Shown: positions 36,931 to 49,300 of the stretch, one piece after another
How positions within the stretch are numbered: the first letter of the stretch is position 1
How the letters are laid out: each line of letters begins with the position of its first letter
Virus record (IMG/VR): IMGVR_UViG_3300011989_000005
Location: 70,183-134,182 of that record
DNA length: 64,000 bases
DNA from: a virus
Lineage: Duplodnaviria; Caudoviricetes
Reading direction: 5' to 3' (one strand)
Translations under genes and position numbers: made by a program
Notes under the pieces: generated by a model
Databases searched by the model: none
What the model was told of the DNA's origin: nothing
What the model saw: the letters and a program-made list of their open reading frames with translations, nothing else

Positions 36931-37581
36931 TCACTCATAACGGTTTCGGGCGCGCCGCCAGTTTTTTTGAGGTTCTCCGGCAGTTGGTTTTCTGCTCACA
37001 TAAGAAGGAGTGTCCTCCGTAACTTCGCTCTCCCTGGTCTCCGCTTCCGCTTCGGGTACATTTTCCGCTACCTTCCGGTATTTCTCCCACAGCCCTTCCA
37101 CGTCCTCGCGCTTGCCGTAGGCGGTGGCTGTGAAGTGCTTGCCGTAGCGCATGTTCACAGGTCCCTCGATGGCGAAGTCCGGCAGCAGTATCGCCGTCGC
37201 GTCCTGTCGTATGTCATGCAGCACCAGACGCTCCCCGTAGGGGTTCTCCTTCAGCCACGCCGAGGCATCGGGCGATGCCGCCTCCGACAGGTCGCTGACG
37301 ATGGTCAGCCTTCGTATATAGTTCAGCCGGCCATTGCCGTCCATGCGGGCGATAGTTCGCCGCATCCACGTGGCTATCACCTCCGTTGCCTGGTCGGGCA
37401 GCGTCGGTGCTATAATCATCAGTTCCGTCTCAGCATACCGCGTCAGTATCGCTGGCAGCAGTTCCGTCAGACTCAAGTCGCCATAGCCCTCTATCTCCAT
37501 CGTTCCCTTCGTCCCGATGGCATCGCGTACCGAAAGCATGTGCAGCCCGGCGCAGCAGGGTTCTATCAGTTTCTTCATCAT
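36931..37581 (-). CDS. Hypothetical protein
   Basis: 216 aa ORF. Confidence 0.75.
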   Translation of the reverse strand: MMKKLIEPCCAGLHMLSVRDAIGTKGTMEIEGYGDLSLTELLPAILTRYAETELMIIAPTLPDQATEVIATWMRRTIARMDGNGRLNYIRRLTIVSDLSEAASPDASAWLKENPYGERLVLHDIRQDATAILLPDFAIEGPVNMRYGKHFTATAYGKREDVEGLWEKYRKVAENVPEAEAETRESEVTEDTPSYVSRKPTAGEPQKNWRRARNRYE

Positions 37582-37713
37582 ATCTTCCGTTCTTTATTTT
37601 CTGTTCAGTATGCTGCCGTAGTACGGCAGTCTTCCCTCATAATCAGCGAGGCCCAGGCCCTTCTATATGAGCCTGAGCCTCGCTTTCCGTTTCAGAGAGT
37701 CTGCGTAGGTCGC

Positions 37714-38292
37714 TTATGCAGCGTCCTCCTGCTCGATCACACCGTAGTATTTTACGGTATCATAGGGCTGGAAATCACAAACTACAGTGAATGTGGTTCC
37801 ATGATCGTCGCCACGTGCGGCACCCGTGTCGCTGGCACGGCTCCAGGTAATGTCGCCGGTGGGGTTGCCTACTACCAGCCACTCAGGAACGGGAGTACCG
37901 CCTGCGGTGGCAGCCTTCTTTACGCCAGTGGGGAAGAAGCACAGGAAGTTGCCGTCGAGGTTCGACAGTGTGCGGGAGAGCACAGCCATCTCGTCGATGC
38001 CAATCTCCACACGGCCCGTACCGGTCACGGTGTTACCCTTGCCGGAACCGTTGTCCTCACTGGTCACCTGACCCGTCTGGCCCTTGAAGTCCACGCGGTA
38101 GCCCTTCAGAGCGGGAGCGGTATCGCCAGTGCCTGCGGCGGTGATGTTGTACTGGTTCTTCTCATCGTTTACCTCGATGGAAGCCACGTGGTCGCTGTCC
38201 AGCGGTACAATCATGCAGTAGTTCGACACACCTGCAGGATTCTCCTTACACTGGTTAGCACCTTTAAGTACAGAATTAAATTTGCAAGCCAT
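37714..38292 (-). CDS. Putative major tail (tube) protein
   Basis: 192 aa beta-rich, downstream of the capsid gene; C..NPAGV start and WLVVGNP...DTGAARGDDHG. Confidence 0.55.
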   Translation of the reverse strand: MACKFNSVLKGANQCKENPAGVSNYCMIVPLDSDHVASIEVNDEKNQYNITAAGTGDTAPALKGYRVDFKGQTGQVTSEDNGSGKGNTVTGTGRVEIGIDEMAVLSRTLSNLDGNFLCFFPTGVKKAATAGGTPVPEWLVVGNPTGDITWSRASDTGAARGDDHGTTFTVVCDFQPYDTVKYYGVIEQEDAA

Positions 38293-38434
38293 AATCTTTA
38301 TAAATTTTGTGTTTGTGTTGGTTTTCGTGTTCAGTATGCTGCTGTATCACAGCAGCCATTGAGAGCGGTCAGAGGGCGGCGGCACGGGCGGCGATATGAT
38401 TCATACCCGCGCCGCCGCAGCACCTCCGATGCGT

Positions 38435-39859
38435 TTAGCCCTTCGTGTAGTAGGTCTTGCCTTCTACGACCTCGGTGTCAGTGGTCTGTGAGTAGGTGTT
38501 GCCACTCTTCTCATACCAGCCCTGCTCGGCGGGGTTGCCAGAGGGGTTCTCTACGGCTGTGTAGGTGGGAGTAGGCTCAGGAGTAGGCTCAGGAGCAGCG
38601 CTTGCCTCTGTAGCCGGCATGAACTTGGCCTTCAGCTCGTACACGCCACCGGGGAAGGTGAAGTTATACGTCTCAGAAGTGCCGCCGTCGCTCCAGTTCA
38701 CGAAGATGTAGCCCTTCTTCGGCGTGGCCTTCACCTGAATCAGGTCGCCAGCCTGGAAGAGTTCCTTCTCAGTCATCACCTGGACGGTACCCATCTTCTC
38801 GTTCTCGCTCACAGCGGTGAAGATCTCGGTGAGATACTCGCCGGCAGGCATCAGGGGAGCCACGTTCTGCACGTCGTTGACGGCGAACACCTGTGGGTCG
38901 AAGTCGCGGATGCGGACGGTGGCGCGGACGTTGGCCTGGAAGTCGAAGACGCGCAGGTCCTTGTTCACCTGGCCGATAGAAATCAGCGCCTGGTCCTCGC
39001 GCTTGTCACAGATATACTCGATATTCTTTTCGAGCGTTGCGATGAGCTGGCCTCCGGTTCCGAGGGCTGCGCTGGTGGCGAGCACCACATTAGGCATCTC
39101 GGCGAACTTCCAGCCGGCCTGCAGCACGGTCGGCGAAATCTGCGGGAAGGTAATCATGTAGCCCTTCACGGCCTTGCGGCAGAACTCGTCAGAGGCGATG
39201 ATATACAGCTTCTTGTTTGGGTCCTTCAGGGCAGGTGACAGCTTGCCGTAGAAGTTCACCAGCAGGTCGTACACCTGGTCGGCCTCCAGATTGGTGATGT
39301 CGCCGGTCGGAATCAGGTTGCCGTTCTTCTCGCTGATGGTACCGTCTGTGCGGCGCATGGCGATGATGGTGTAGAAACCGTTGAACAGGCTCAAACCTTT
39401 CTTCACGGCATTCTCGGGAGTTTCCTCCAGCTTGCGGTAGGCCATGTTTCCGAAAGGAATGTTGGCGCGGACGTCCTCGGCGAGGTTGCCGGAGAGGTTG
39501 TTCAGCAAGAACTGAGTGTGCTCAGTGTTCTCGGTGACGTTAGTCACGTCGAAGGGACCTTTCTCCGTGTAGCGCTCGATAGAGTCGCTGGTGTGGAGAT
39601 AGATTTTTTCAACTTTGGCAGGGTTGTCAGTGAACTTACCCAGTTCGCTGTCCTTCACATTGCCAACAAAATAGGGACGAGCCTGCAGACCCTTGCGGTG
39701 GAACAGGTAGCAGACGTCGATATTCTCGACATCGGTTGTCACCTTGATACCCAAGTCGCCAAACATGCTGTCGGTGAGCAGATAAGCATGGGCTATCAGC
39801 TCCGGATTGATCGCTTCCTTAACGGTCGTGATCTGTGCTACTGAAAGTGCGTAAGCCAT
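38435..39859 (-). CDS. Major capsid protein with C-terminal InlB-B-repeat/Ig-like extension
   Basis: Follows the protease/scaffold gene; strong codon bias; ATPKKGYIFVNWSDG domain and PEPT linker. Confidence 0.7.
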   Translation of the reverse strand: MAYALSVAQITTVKEAINPELIAHAYLLTDSMFGDLGIKVTTDVENIDVCYLFHRKGLQARPYFVGNVKDSELGKFTDNPAKVEKIYLHTSDSIERYTEKGPFDVTNVTENTEHTQFLLNNLSGNLAEDVRANIPFGNMAYRKLEETPENAVKKGLSLFNGFYTIIAMRRTDGTISEKNGNLIPTGDITNLEADQVYDLLVNFYGKLSPALKDPNKKLYIIASDEFCRKAVKGYMITFPQISPTVLQAGWKFAEMPNVVLATSAALGTGGQLIATLEKNIEYICDKREDQALISIGQVNKDLRVFDFQANVRATVRIRDFDPQVFAVNDVQNVAPLMPAGEYLTEIFTAVSENEKMGTVQVMTEKELFQAGDLIQVKATPKKGYIFVNWSDGGTSETYNFTFPGGVYELKAKFMPATEASAAPEPTPEPTPTYTAVENPSGNPAEQGWYEKSGNTYSQTTDTEVVEGKTYYTKG

Positions 39860-39927
39860 AATTTTGTGTTTGTGTTGATTGAGGGTTTATTACTATTGTT
39901 TACTGTTTCTGTGTTGTGTTGCTAAGC

Positions 39928-39963
39928 CGAATTTACGGAATGCCGAAATGGAAATCAAGGGCA
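39928..39963 (-). promoter_or_regulatory. Putative late promoter, copy 3 (capsid)
   Basis: TGCCCTTGA-N19-TAAATTCG. Confidence 0.7.
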
Positions 39964-40017
39964 GCCTGAGCCGCTTGTTCCGTAAGCTGCGATATTATCG
40001 CAGCCATCCGGCGCGAG

Positions 40018-41847
40018 TTATTTCTTCTCCCGCTTCCGCTTCTCGAACTCCTGGATTTCCTCGTAGGTCATCTCGCTCGTGATGCGCTCCTGCTTCTTCG
40101 GTCCTTCGCCTGTTCCGTTATCCTGCGGGATGCCGGCCTGCTCGTCCACCATCGGTGCGGGCTTCTCAGAGAGCTCCTTCACCTCGCCCTGCAGCTCCTT
40201 CACCTGCTTGTTCAGCTTCTCGATGGTAGCCACATGCTCGGCAATCTTCGCGTCCTTTTCAGTGATAGCCTTGCCCTTCTCGTCCACCTCGGCGGTCAGC
40301 GTCTCGATGGTCTTGTCGCGCTCGGCGATGGTGGCGTTGGCCTGGTCGCGCTCCTCGGCGATGCCGTTCAGCGTGGCCAGCGTTTCCTTCAGCTGGGTAA
40401 TCTCATTGTCCTTCTCGGCAATCTTCTGCTCCGCCGTGTGCAGCGTCTCCTGAATCTTGTTGATCTCGGCAGCGGCGTTCTTCTGAGCCTCCTGCGATGC
40501 AGGCTCGGCAGCGGGTTCTGCGGCAGGGGCTCCCTCCGGTGCGGCGGGCTGCTCCTCCTGTGCGTTCTCTTCACTGACAGCAGGTGCCTCGGTTGCTGCT
40601 GCTCCCTCGGCTGGCTGTTCCGTAGCAGGAGTCTGCTCCTGCGTGGCTGCGGGCTGCTCGGCAACCTCTGCGGCCTTCTTCTCTTCGTCTGTCATATCTT
40701 CTTGGTTTTGGGGTTTGGCTATCTCTACAGTCTCAGGACCGAAAAAGCCCTGCTCTTCTTTCATTACATGACCGTCATCGACTATTCTCAGGTCGCCACG
40801 GCTCGTAGCGACAGCGGCTTTCTGCTGTGCGTTGAGCTTGGCTATCTCCTCCGGTCCCTCGTCGTCTGGCTGCTCACCGCCCGGCTCGTTCTTAGGCTCT
40901 GCCGTCACCAGACGTGCGGCTGTCAGCGTCTCGTTGGCCAACTCGAACACGCACTCGATGGCGCGGATCATGTCGCCTATCTCATCGACCAGAGCCGGCA
41001 TAACCTCCTGCGCCTCGAACACCTTTCCCGTCAGCATGTCGGCAGTTACGAGCGGACGGTTCTCACGCACGGTCTGGTGGAACTGTTCGGTGTCTCTGTC
41101 GAGTTCCGCCTGCAGCTTCTCATACTCGCCTGCGGCGGCCTTGCGGTACCAGTCGTTCTTCTCGGGGCAGTCCTTGCCGACGAGCTCCACATAGCGGTAG
41201 CCGTCCTGATCGACGGTATTATGGGCGACGGCCCAGAAAGCAGCCATCGTGCCGATGCAGCCGAACTCGTCGAAAGGGTTCATCACCACCACGCGGTCGC
41301 ACCGACAGGCAAGGTTCACACCGCTGCTGCAGCACATACCGTCAACGAAGGCGACGGTAGGCTTGCCGGCCTTGCGGCAGTCGTCAATCATCATCTCGTA
41401 GTCGTTACGGCACGATGCCTGTCCGCCCGGCGTATTGATGATAAAGAGGTGACCTACCACCTGCGGAATCTGGTTGGCATACATCACCTGGTCGCGGAAG
41501 TCCTTCGTGCCATACGAGCAGCCGTCGCCGTCGCGGGTCACGGGACCGTCCACCACCACCACATTGATAATCTCGTCGACCTCCTGCAGCTCCTCGTCAT
41601 TCCAGTACAGGTGACTCTCTATGCGGTGGATGTTGCCGACGTACAGTTTATCCTCGAAGTTGGCCCCTACGGTCTTTCCTTCTTTCTGGTAGCCCTTCTT
41701 CGAGAGGAAGTAGCCGTGCTGCTTTTTTATGTCGTTGGGCAGGTGCAGCTCTACGGCATTCTTCAGCGCATCGGCATACGTCTGTGCCAGGTCTGGGCGG
41801 AAGTCCCACACCTTGTTGTGCATGATGTTCAATAGTCCGATGTTCAT
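40018..41847 (-). CDS. S49/ClpP-like prohead protease fused to an acidic coiled-coil scaffold
   Basis: INTPGGQ, AFVDGMCCSSG, FGCIGT and LVDEIG motifs; Glu/Ala/Pro-rich linker and coiled coil. Confidence 0.85.
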   Translation of the reverse strand: MNIGLLNIMHNKVWDFRPDLAQTYADALKNAVELHLPNDIKKQHGYFLSKKGYQKEGKTVGANFEDKLYVGNIHRIESHLYWNDEELQEVDEIINVVVVDGPVTRDGDGCSYGTKDFRDQVMYANQIPQVVGHLFIINTPGGQASCRNDYEMMIDDCRKAGKPTVAFVDGMCCSSGVNLACRCDRVVVMNPFDEFGCIGTMAAFWAVAHNTVDQDGYRYVELVGKDCPEKNDWYRKAAAGEYEKLQAELDRDTEQFHQTVRENRPLVTADMLTGKVFEAQEVMPALVDEIGDMIRAIECVFELANETLTAARLVTAEPKNEPGGEQPDDEGPEEIAKLNAQQKAAVATSRGDLRIVDDGHVMKEEQGFFGPETVEIAKPQNQEDMTDEEKKAAEVAEQPAATQEQTPATEQPAEGAAATEAPAVSEENAQEEQPAAPEGAPAAEPAAEPASQEAQKNAAAEINKIQETLHTAEQKIAEKDNEITQLKETLATLNGIAEERDQANATIAERDKTIETLTAEVDEKGKAITEKDAKIAEHVATIEKLNKQVKELQGEVKELSEKPAPMVDEQAGIPQDNGTGEGPKKQERITSEMTYEEIQEFEKRKREKK

Positions 41848-41877
41848 AATCGTTTGTGTCGTTAATTGTTTCTGTCT

Positions 41878-41913
41878 GCATTATAATGGCAAGCGCTCTG
41901 ATAATCAAGGGCA
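41878..41913 (-). promoter_or_regulatory. Putative late promoter, copy 4 (protease)
   Basis: TGCCCTTGA-N19-TATAATGC. Confidence 0.65.
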
Positions 41914-41918
41914 ACTCT

Positions 41919-43145
41919 TCATTTTATCTCCGGTGTCCTGTGTGTAGCCGGGAAAGCGGTGAACAGCCGCTTGCGGCTCTGCTCGCACGCTGCCTTGCGC
42001 CTGCGACACTCCGCAGCCTGTGCGTTCGCTCGTGCCTGAGCCGCCTGCGCCTCCCTCTCCCGTGCGTTATTATATATAGGTGTGCCAACCGCCGCGTCGC
42101 CCAGTGTCTCCAGGTTCTCCGCGATATAGTCACACGCCATCGCCATCGCCTGCTGTGCGTCGGTCATGCTGTCGCGCCGTGCCAGCCGCTCCTCCTTCTC
42201 GATGCTGCTGCCGGTGCCCCTCGCCGATGTGCTCACCGTCAGGCTCAGTCGCGATATGTTCGTTCGTCGGCTCTCCACGTAGAAGGCCAGTGCTATGCGC
42301 AGTTTCTTCAGCAGCGTCTTCATTACAGTACTATCGCCGCCGTTGTTGGCGAAGTCCACAACAGCCTCCAATAGTCGTGCGCCGATGCGGGGCTCCAGGT
42401 AGGTGTCCTGACAGAACCGTATATCTCTCACCAGGCTCACATACACCGACCGCTGTTTTCTTATGTCGATAAACTTGTCGAGCACCGTCGCCGTTTGGAA
42501 CAGCAGGTCTTTGTTCAGGTAGAAGGCGTCGGCATACTGCCACATCTCAGCAAACAGCTTCTCTCCCTTTGCGTCGGCTTCGAGGAATAGCAGCAGCGAG
42601 TCGACGGCACGTCCGGCTCCGCCCAGTGCGTCCATCACGGCGCGGTCTTTCGCCTTCTCGTCAGCCGGGTCGTAGCTCTCGCCGCTCGATATGTTCATGC
42701 CCCCGCCCTCGTTGAACGAGATCGTCAGCAGCCCCGCCTTGTTGGCCAGCATTCTGTACCATTCTATGCGCTGGCAGATGCGAATCAGTTGGATGGTCTT
42801 CATATCCTTGGCGGATACCTCCTTCTCGCCCTCCTCCGGCACGGTGTAGGTCTCGCGGTATTTTCCCTGCGCCACCTGCTCCAGGCGCTCCGTCACGTCG
42901 GCATGCGCCAGGCGCGGGTCCTGCTTCGCCTTGCCTGTCGGGCGCACGGTGGTAGCCGTGATATCCACATACTCCTGCCGCAGCCGGTCGTATTCCGTCA
43001 GCACATGCTGATAGAGCCTACTGCCCAGCAGCGGCTCCAGTGCCACCGCTTCCTCTTCCTCCAGGTAGCCGAACAGCACCTGCGGCTTATCCCACCGCGC
43101 CGTAGGCATCAGAGCCTGTATCTCGTTCTGAGTTGTTATTAACAT
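41919..43145 (-). CDS. Putative head-tail connector/virion protein
   Basis: 408 aa helical with internal duplication (LEPLLGSRL / LEPRIGARL); role from position. Confidence 0.55.
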   Translation of the reverse strand: MLITTQNEIQALMPTARWDKPQVLFGYLEEEEAVALEPLLGSRLYQHVLTEYDRLRQEYVDITATTVRPTGKAKQDPRLAHADVTERLEQVAQGKYRETYTVPEEGEKEVSAKDMKTIQLIRICQRIEWYRMLANKAGLLTISFNEGGGMNISSGESYDPADEKAKDRAVMDALGGAGRAVDSLLLFLEADAKGEKLFAEMWQYADAFYLNKDLLFQTATVLDKFIDIRKQRSVYVSLVRDIRFCQDTYLEPRIGARLLEAVVDFANNGGDSTVMKTLLKKLRIALAFYVESRRTNISRLSLTVSTSARGTGSSIEKEERLARRDSMTDAQQAMAMACDYIAENLETLGDAAVGTPIYNNAREREAQAAQARANAQAAECRRRKAACEQSRKRLFTAFPATHRTPEIK

Positions 43146-43185
43146 GGTCGTCGTTTTTGTGTGGACTGTCGTTATATTGTTATAC

Positions 43186-43221
43186 CGAAATTACGTGATG
43201 ACGAAAGAGGAATCAAGGGCA
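43186..43221 (-). promoter_or_regulatory. Putative late promoter, copy 5
   Basis: TGCCCTTGA-N19-TAATTTCG. Confidence 0.7.
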
Positions 43222-43301
43222 GGAGGATTAAGTGAAGAGTGAAAGATAACAAGCGGCGACCCAGTGCGGCAGCAAATTCTTCACTCTTCACTCTTCACTT
43301 C

Positions 43302-46300
43302 TTACAAGTAGTTCTCACCGTGGCGCTGGGCTTCCTTCTGCATCTTGTTATACATGGCAGGGATGCCGTCACTGCCCGTCCATTTGTTCACGGCGACGAT
43401 GGGCTGGTTCAGCCGCTCCAGCAGAGCCTGCTGTACGGCGGTGTTGGCATCAAGCGACGACTGTAGGGCAATGGGATCGAAGCCTAAGCCCGTTCCGTTT
43501 GCGACGATAGCATCGCCGCTCATATCCTCGAACTCCCCGACGTTGCCATCCGCGAAGGCGGGCATGCCAGTGCCGCGACGGCGGCGGGTGCTCAGCCCCG
43601 AGATGGAACCGCCGTTATATAGCGTCTGGATATCTCGCCAGATGCCGGTGTCGTTCATCTGCAGCAGGCGGGTGGTCTTGGCGTCGATGATCGCCTCGCG
43701 GCCTGCCTCGCCCACAAGGTGGAACTCCGGCCCGTTGGTGATGTGCGTCTTCGCCCCTTTACCCATGTACTTTGCACGGTAGGTCTTGCCGTCCGCCCCG
43801 TCCACGTTGTACTGCCTGCCAGGTGTCAGCGAAGCCGGATCGGTCAGCTCGTTCACGTTACCCTCGGCGTAGGTCAGCATGCCCGTCGCCAGTCGGCCTG
43901 CACCTACCGATGCGCCGGTGGCTTGGGCGATCTCCGACTTCGACTTGGCAATCTTCGACGTAGCCAGTCCCATCAGTCCGCCGATAAGGGCGGTGAATAC
44001 GCCGACGGCCACGGGACCACCGATAGGACCGAGCTCTTTCAGCGTCTTTGATATCCACGAAGGAGCATTGGCAGCAGTCTCACCCGTCGATGCAGCCATT
44101 GATGCGGTCAACATCGAAATAGCGGCCTGACCCGCTGCCTGCACAATCATCATCTGAACCTTCTGCGACGTATCGAGGTTGTCGTTGCTCATCGTCTGAT
44201 AGGCGATTCCGTACATATTAGCGGCGGCAGTCATGGCGGCAAACGACGACTTGTTGGTCTTCACCATCTGCTGGTCGTTCTGCTGCTCACTCTTCTTCAC
44301 CATCTCCTGAGCCTGCATCTTCGCTTGGGCGATCTCGGTGCTTGCGTCGATTTCCTTCTGCTTCAGTGCGTCCAGTTTCTCGCCCGTGGCCTCTATCTGT
44401 TCGTCGGTGATGGATAGCGGCGACGGTACATACCCCGGCAATTCAGTCAGCATCTCAGCCTTCTCCGTCTCGGCAGCGATAGCCTGCTCCTTATATGTCT
44501 GCCACAGCAGCCCCATGTTCTCCTGACTCTTGGCTACTTCCTCGTCGGTCATCTGCCACGGGGCTTTCGGCATACCCTCGCCGCTCGGCGTTTCGCCCGT
44601 TGGCTGTACGGGAGCGATAATCTGTCCCTGCTCGTCCACGGCGAATCCCTCGGCATTGCGCTTGTAGCCGTCGCCTGAACCGCTGCCGCCCGCTGCGCCC
44701 ATCGAGGCATAGAGCGCTTCGGTGTTCTTGATAACCGCTTGAGTGTTGGCATCAATGACAGAGTTCTGCAACAGGGCGTTGAGCTGGTCGGTGATGGTTT
44801 CGCTCATCTTCATGTTCAGGTCGTCCATGAGTTTGCGCCAGGCTTCCGCCTGTGCGTTCTGGACTTCTATCTCATGCTGCCTTTCCAGTGCCTGGCGCTC
44901 GTCGAGGTGTTCATAATGGGCGGTGGCATCGCTGGTGCCGGCATCGTCGATGACGACGTAGGTGCCTGCACCGGGACCACCTTTGCCGGTCAAGTTCAGC
45001 TTTGCCCGCTCATTGTAGTATTCGGCATCCCCCGCATGGCTGGCCTCGAAGACGCCCTGTAGACTGCTCGTCAGCAGGTCGGCCCACGAGCGCAGTTCGG
45101 TGTATAGTCTGTTCTGCGATTCCTCCGTGCGGGCAATGATATCCTCGCGCTGCTTGGCCAGTTCGGTCTCTTCCTTCGCCGTGGCGAGGTTCAGCGCCAT
45201 CTCGGCGTGCTGCGCGTCGAGCCGCTTGCGGGTGGCTTCCTCCGCATTGCCGCGCCGCTCGGCAGCGTCGGCCTGCTGGTTGAGCATATCCACATGGGCG
45301 CGACCCTGCTTCTTCATCAGGTTATAGTAGTGCTCCTGCATGGTCAGTTGCAGGCGCATCTGCTGGATAGCCAGTTTGTCGGCCACGCGGTCGCTCGCCA
45401 CGCCCGCCCCTATCAGGCTGTTGGCACGGCTCACGCGCCCCTGGTCGATGCCCAGCTGTGCCACCGTGCGGTCGAGCATCTGCTTCATCGTTGTCTTGCC
45501 GTCGCCGCCAGGCACGAGGATGTTGTTCCACATGATCTCCGCCTGCTTCTTCAACTGCGAAGCCTCCTTCTTGATGGCGTCCTGTATGGCGTCGTAGGTC
45601 TGGCGCAGCTGAGCCATCAGTGCCTCCTGCTGTTCGGGGCGGATGGAGAGCCAGTCGGCCCACTGCCCCATGTTCTTCTCGCGCATCTGCTGCATCACGC
45701 GGTCGATGGTCGTAGAGTAAGCCTGCTCAGCCTCGCCCAGCAGGAACGACGTGCGCTGCAGCTCGGCGCGACCCTGCCGCTCGTTGAAGTCGCGCATGTC
45801 CTTGCCCGCCTTCATCAGCTCGTCGTACTCCTTGCGCATGTCGCCCGTCAGGATGTCCATCGTCGAAAGGCTCTCGCGCAACTGCTTCGTGATGCCGTTG
45901 AAGGGGCGCTCCTTGTCGATGATATCCTCGATGGCTTTCATCTGCTTGGTCAGCGCCTGCTGTCCTTTCAGGTACGAGCGCTCCGTGTCGAGCTCCACCT
46001 GCGACATCCAGCGGTGGACGATGGCAGCACCCTTGTCGCCCGACTTCTCGATGGCATCCACAAACTGGTTGGTCTTCGCTATCTGCGCCTTGACAAACGA
46101 CTCCGTGTCGCCTGTGCGCTCACTGATGATGTGGTAGATGGCGTTCAGTTCCTCCTGCGTCACCTCCTTCTGCTTGCGGCTGTAGAGCTTCTGCAGTTCG
46201 GCGCGTCGCTGCTGCCACTCCATCTCGTTGGCCAGTGTGCGGTTGCGTATCTCGGCCTCCGTCAGTCCCTCGTCGGTGCCCGCTTCCTCTATGCGCGTCT

Positions 46301-49300
46301 TGCGCTCCGTGTAGTAGGCGTCCAGTTCGTGCAGGTAGGCATCCATCTCGTCGCGGAACTGCTTCTTGGCCCCGCGCTCCTTCTTCGGGTCGAGCCAGTC
46401 GCCCGTGTTCGTCAGGTGGCGGGCGTGCAGCTCGTCCTGAATCTTCAGGCGCTCAGTGTTGTACCACTCGATAACCGTGCGCATGTCGCTCGACATGCCC
46501 GCCTCGATGGCTTTCTTCAGCGCCTTGTCCTCGTTGAGCACGGCCTTTACGTCGGTGTCGGTCTGGATGCTGTTCACGAACTTGTTCATCTGCTCGCGGC
46601 GGTTCACCAACTGCTCGGCGGTCATCTCCGTGTAGGTGGTGGAGTCGGCACGCTCGGAAGTGCCCCATGGGGAATTACCGCTACCCTCGTTGCCGTTGGT
46701 GAAGTCGGTGTTCTGTATCTTCGACTCGGCACGCTCGGCGGCATCCACGGCACGGATGCTCTCGTCGGCCACTTGGCGCAGTCCCTTCTCGTAGCTCTTC
46801 ATGTTCTCGATACTGCGCTCTATCGTGCCTTTGCGTTTGTCGTTGGTGAAATAGTCGGCATTATTGGCAAACAGGTTATTGTATGAACGCTGCTGCTTAT
46901 ACACCTCCACGGCCAGTTTCTCCTTCTCCTCGCCCTCGGCTTTCTGATAGCGGGCGAGTGCATCCTTCCAGTCGGCCATGATGGAGTTGAGTGTTCTCAC
47001 TGCCGACTCGCGCGACTCCTTGCGCAGCACATTGGCACGGGCATCAAACACGCGCTCTGCCGTCTCTACCTGCTTCTGGTATTCCTCTACCGACGCCCGG
47101 TAACTCTCGGCACGGGCACCGATGTTGCTGGCAATACTGCTCACTATCTCGTTGTCGGAGGCTCCCCTGCCCGACTGTGCATAGGCATCGCGGAAGTCCT
47201 TCTTGGCACTCTGACTGATAAACTGCCGGTTGGCCATGACGATTTTCTGAACCTCTGCCTGGAATTTCTTCTGGTCCTTGGCGTATTTCTGTGCGGCCTC
47301 GCTGACGGCAACCGACACACGGGCGTAGGCTTCGTCGTTGCTGCCGAAGTACGACGCAATAAGGTCGTCGGTGCTCGATGCGCCCTTGCGAACCTTGCCG
47401 CCATACTCCTGCTCAATGTCGCTCAGAGCGGCCTCCTTCTGTTTCAGGGTGATGGTCTCGCGCAGTTTCTTGTTGATCAGTTCGCGGGCTTCAGCCAGCT
47501 GTCTTGCACTGGCGGTCTCTGAGAGCATGTAGCCCAGATAGGCACCATACTTCGAGTTGATTTCACGGATGATGCGAGCCGATTCCTTGCCCTCGGCGTT
47601 CACGCGCTTCATGCCCTCCTCCACCTTGGCGGTCTGCTCGGCGGCTTTCTTCTCACTGCCAGCCAGCTTATCGGTTTCCTTCGACAGCTTGTCCGTCTTG
47701 TCTGCCGACTGCTCCACCGCCTTGCCTTTCTCGGTCTCTGCCTTGGTCTGCTCCTTGGCGGCGAGTGCTGCCACGCGCTCCTGCTCCCTCACCTTGGCAA
47801 GTGAGCGGAACAACTTGTTGGCGGCAGTCATCTGTTTGTGTAACTGCTTTTCAACCTCGCCCATAGCCTTCGACGTTTCCGACATGGCGTTGGCGGCATT
47901 TCTCAGCGAGTACACCAGCATGGCCATGGCAGATGCAGCAGCAACAAACACATTGGCCCATTGTGCGAGAGTAAGGGCTCTCAGTTTAAGGATGACAAGA
48001 TCCAGAGCGATGCGCCAGTTCTTGAAGAGGTCGATAATCCTGGCAAGACCCAGCGCGATGGCATTCCACATAATACCTATAATATTCGTCTTCAGCACCA
48101 ATACGAGCGTAGAGATGGTAGCCAGAGCGGTAGTAAGTCCGCCGCCCCCCATCAGCAGGTCAACTATCTTGCGCAGTCCGTCGATGACGGTACCAAGGAA
48201 TCGCTGCGCATTATCACTCACAAACGCTTCCTCAAACGCATTCTTCAGCCTCTCCCACTTCGCAGCCGTCGTCTCGTTCATCTTGTCGAACTCCTGCTGT
48301 ATGGCGATGTTCTCCTCATACGCCTCGCCGGCCACGCCGAGTTGGCGGCGCAGCTCGTCCACGTTCTGCGACAGTCCGGAGAACACGATGCCCGCACGGG
48401 CGCCCTGCTGGTTCAGGTCCTTCATGATGTCGCGCATACCGGCCATGCCCAGCATCTGCTCCACCGAGTCGGCGTCCATGCCCGTGTCCTTGATGCGCTG
48501 CAGTATCATCAGTATCACCTCCATGCCGCGCCCCGTGTCGAAGAGGTTGCGGATAGTGTCGGGTGTCACGCCGATGGCCTTGGCCAGCTCGAAGGCGTTG
48601 TTGCGTATGGCGGGAATCATGCGGCTCAGTGCCGTTGCCGACATCTCGATGCGCATACCCAGGCTACTGACCGTCGAACCCAGTGCGGCCACCTGGTCGA
48701 TGGTGATGCCGCTCTGTGCGCCCACGGCGCCTACGCGCTTCACGAAGTCGGTAATCTCTGGGGCGGTACTGGCACTGCTGGCACGCAGACGGTCGATGGT
48801 CGAAGCAATCTTCTCCATAGCCACAGCCGTTGCCGACGAGCCCTCGACGGTGCCCTCCTGCAGCTGCTTGCGTATCTTGTCCACCTCGCCCGTGGCGATG
48901 GCCACGCGCATCATCTCCGTAGCCGCCTCGCGTCCCATTTCGGGCAGGGCAATCATCAGTTTGTTGGCAGCCTCGGTGAATCCCTGCACGTCCTCCAGCG
49001 TCTTCAAACCCAGCTGTCCGGCACTGGCGGAAATTTCCATGAGTGAGGTCAAACTGGTCCTGACGTCCATTTTCTTCAGGTTCTCCGACAGCCGTCCCAC
49101 CTCGTCAGCGGTGAAGCCCGTCGTCTTGCGCACCTCGCCCATGCGGTCGGAGAGGTCCATCAGGTCGCCCATCGTGGCGGTGACTTTCTGCATGGCTACG
49201 GCGGTACCGACGTACACACTGAGGTAAGTCCTCACGCGGCTCCATGCTTTCTCGAAGGCCGATGCCGCACCTTTCGAGCTGTTGGCCAAATCCTTCATCT

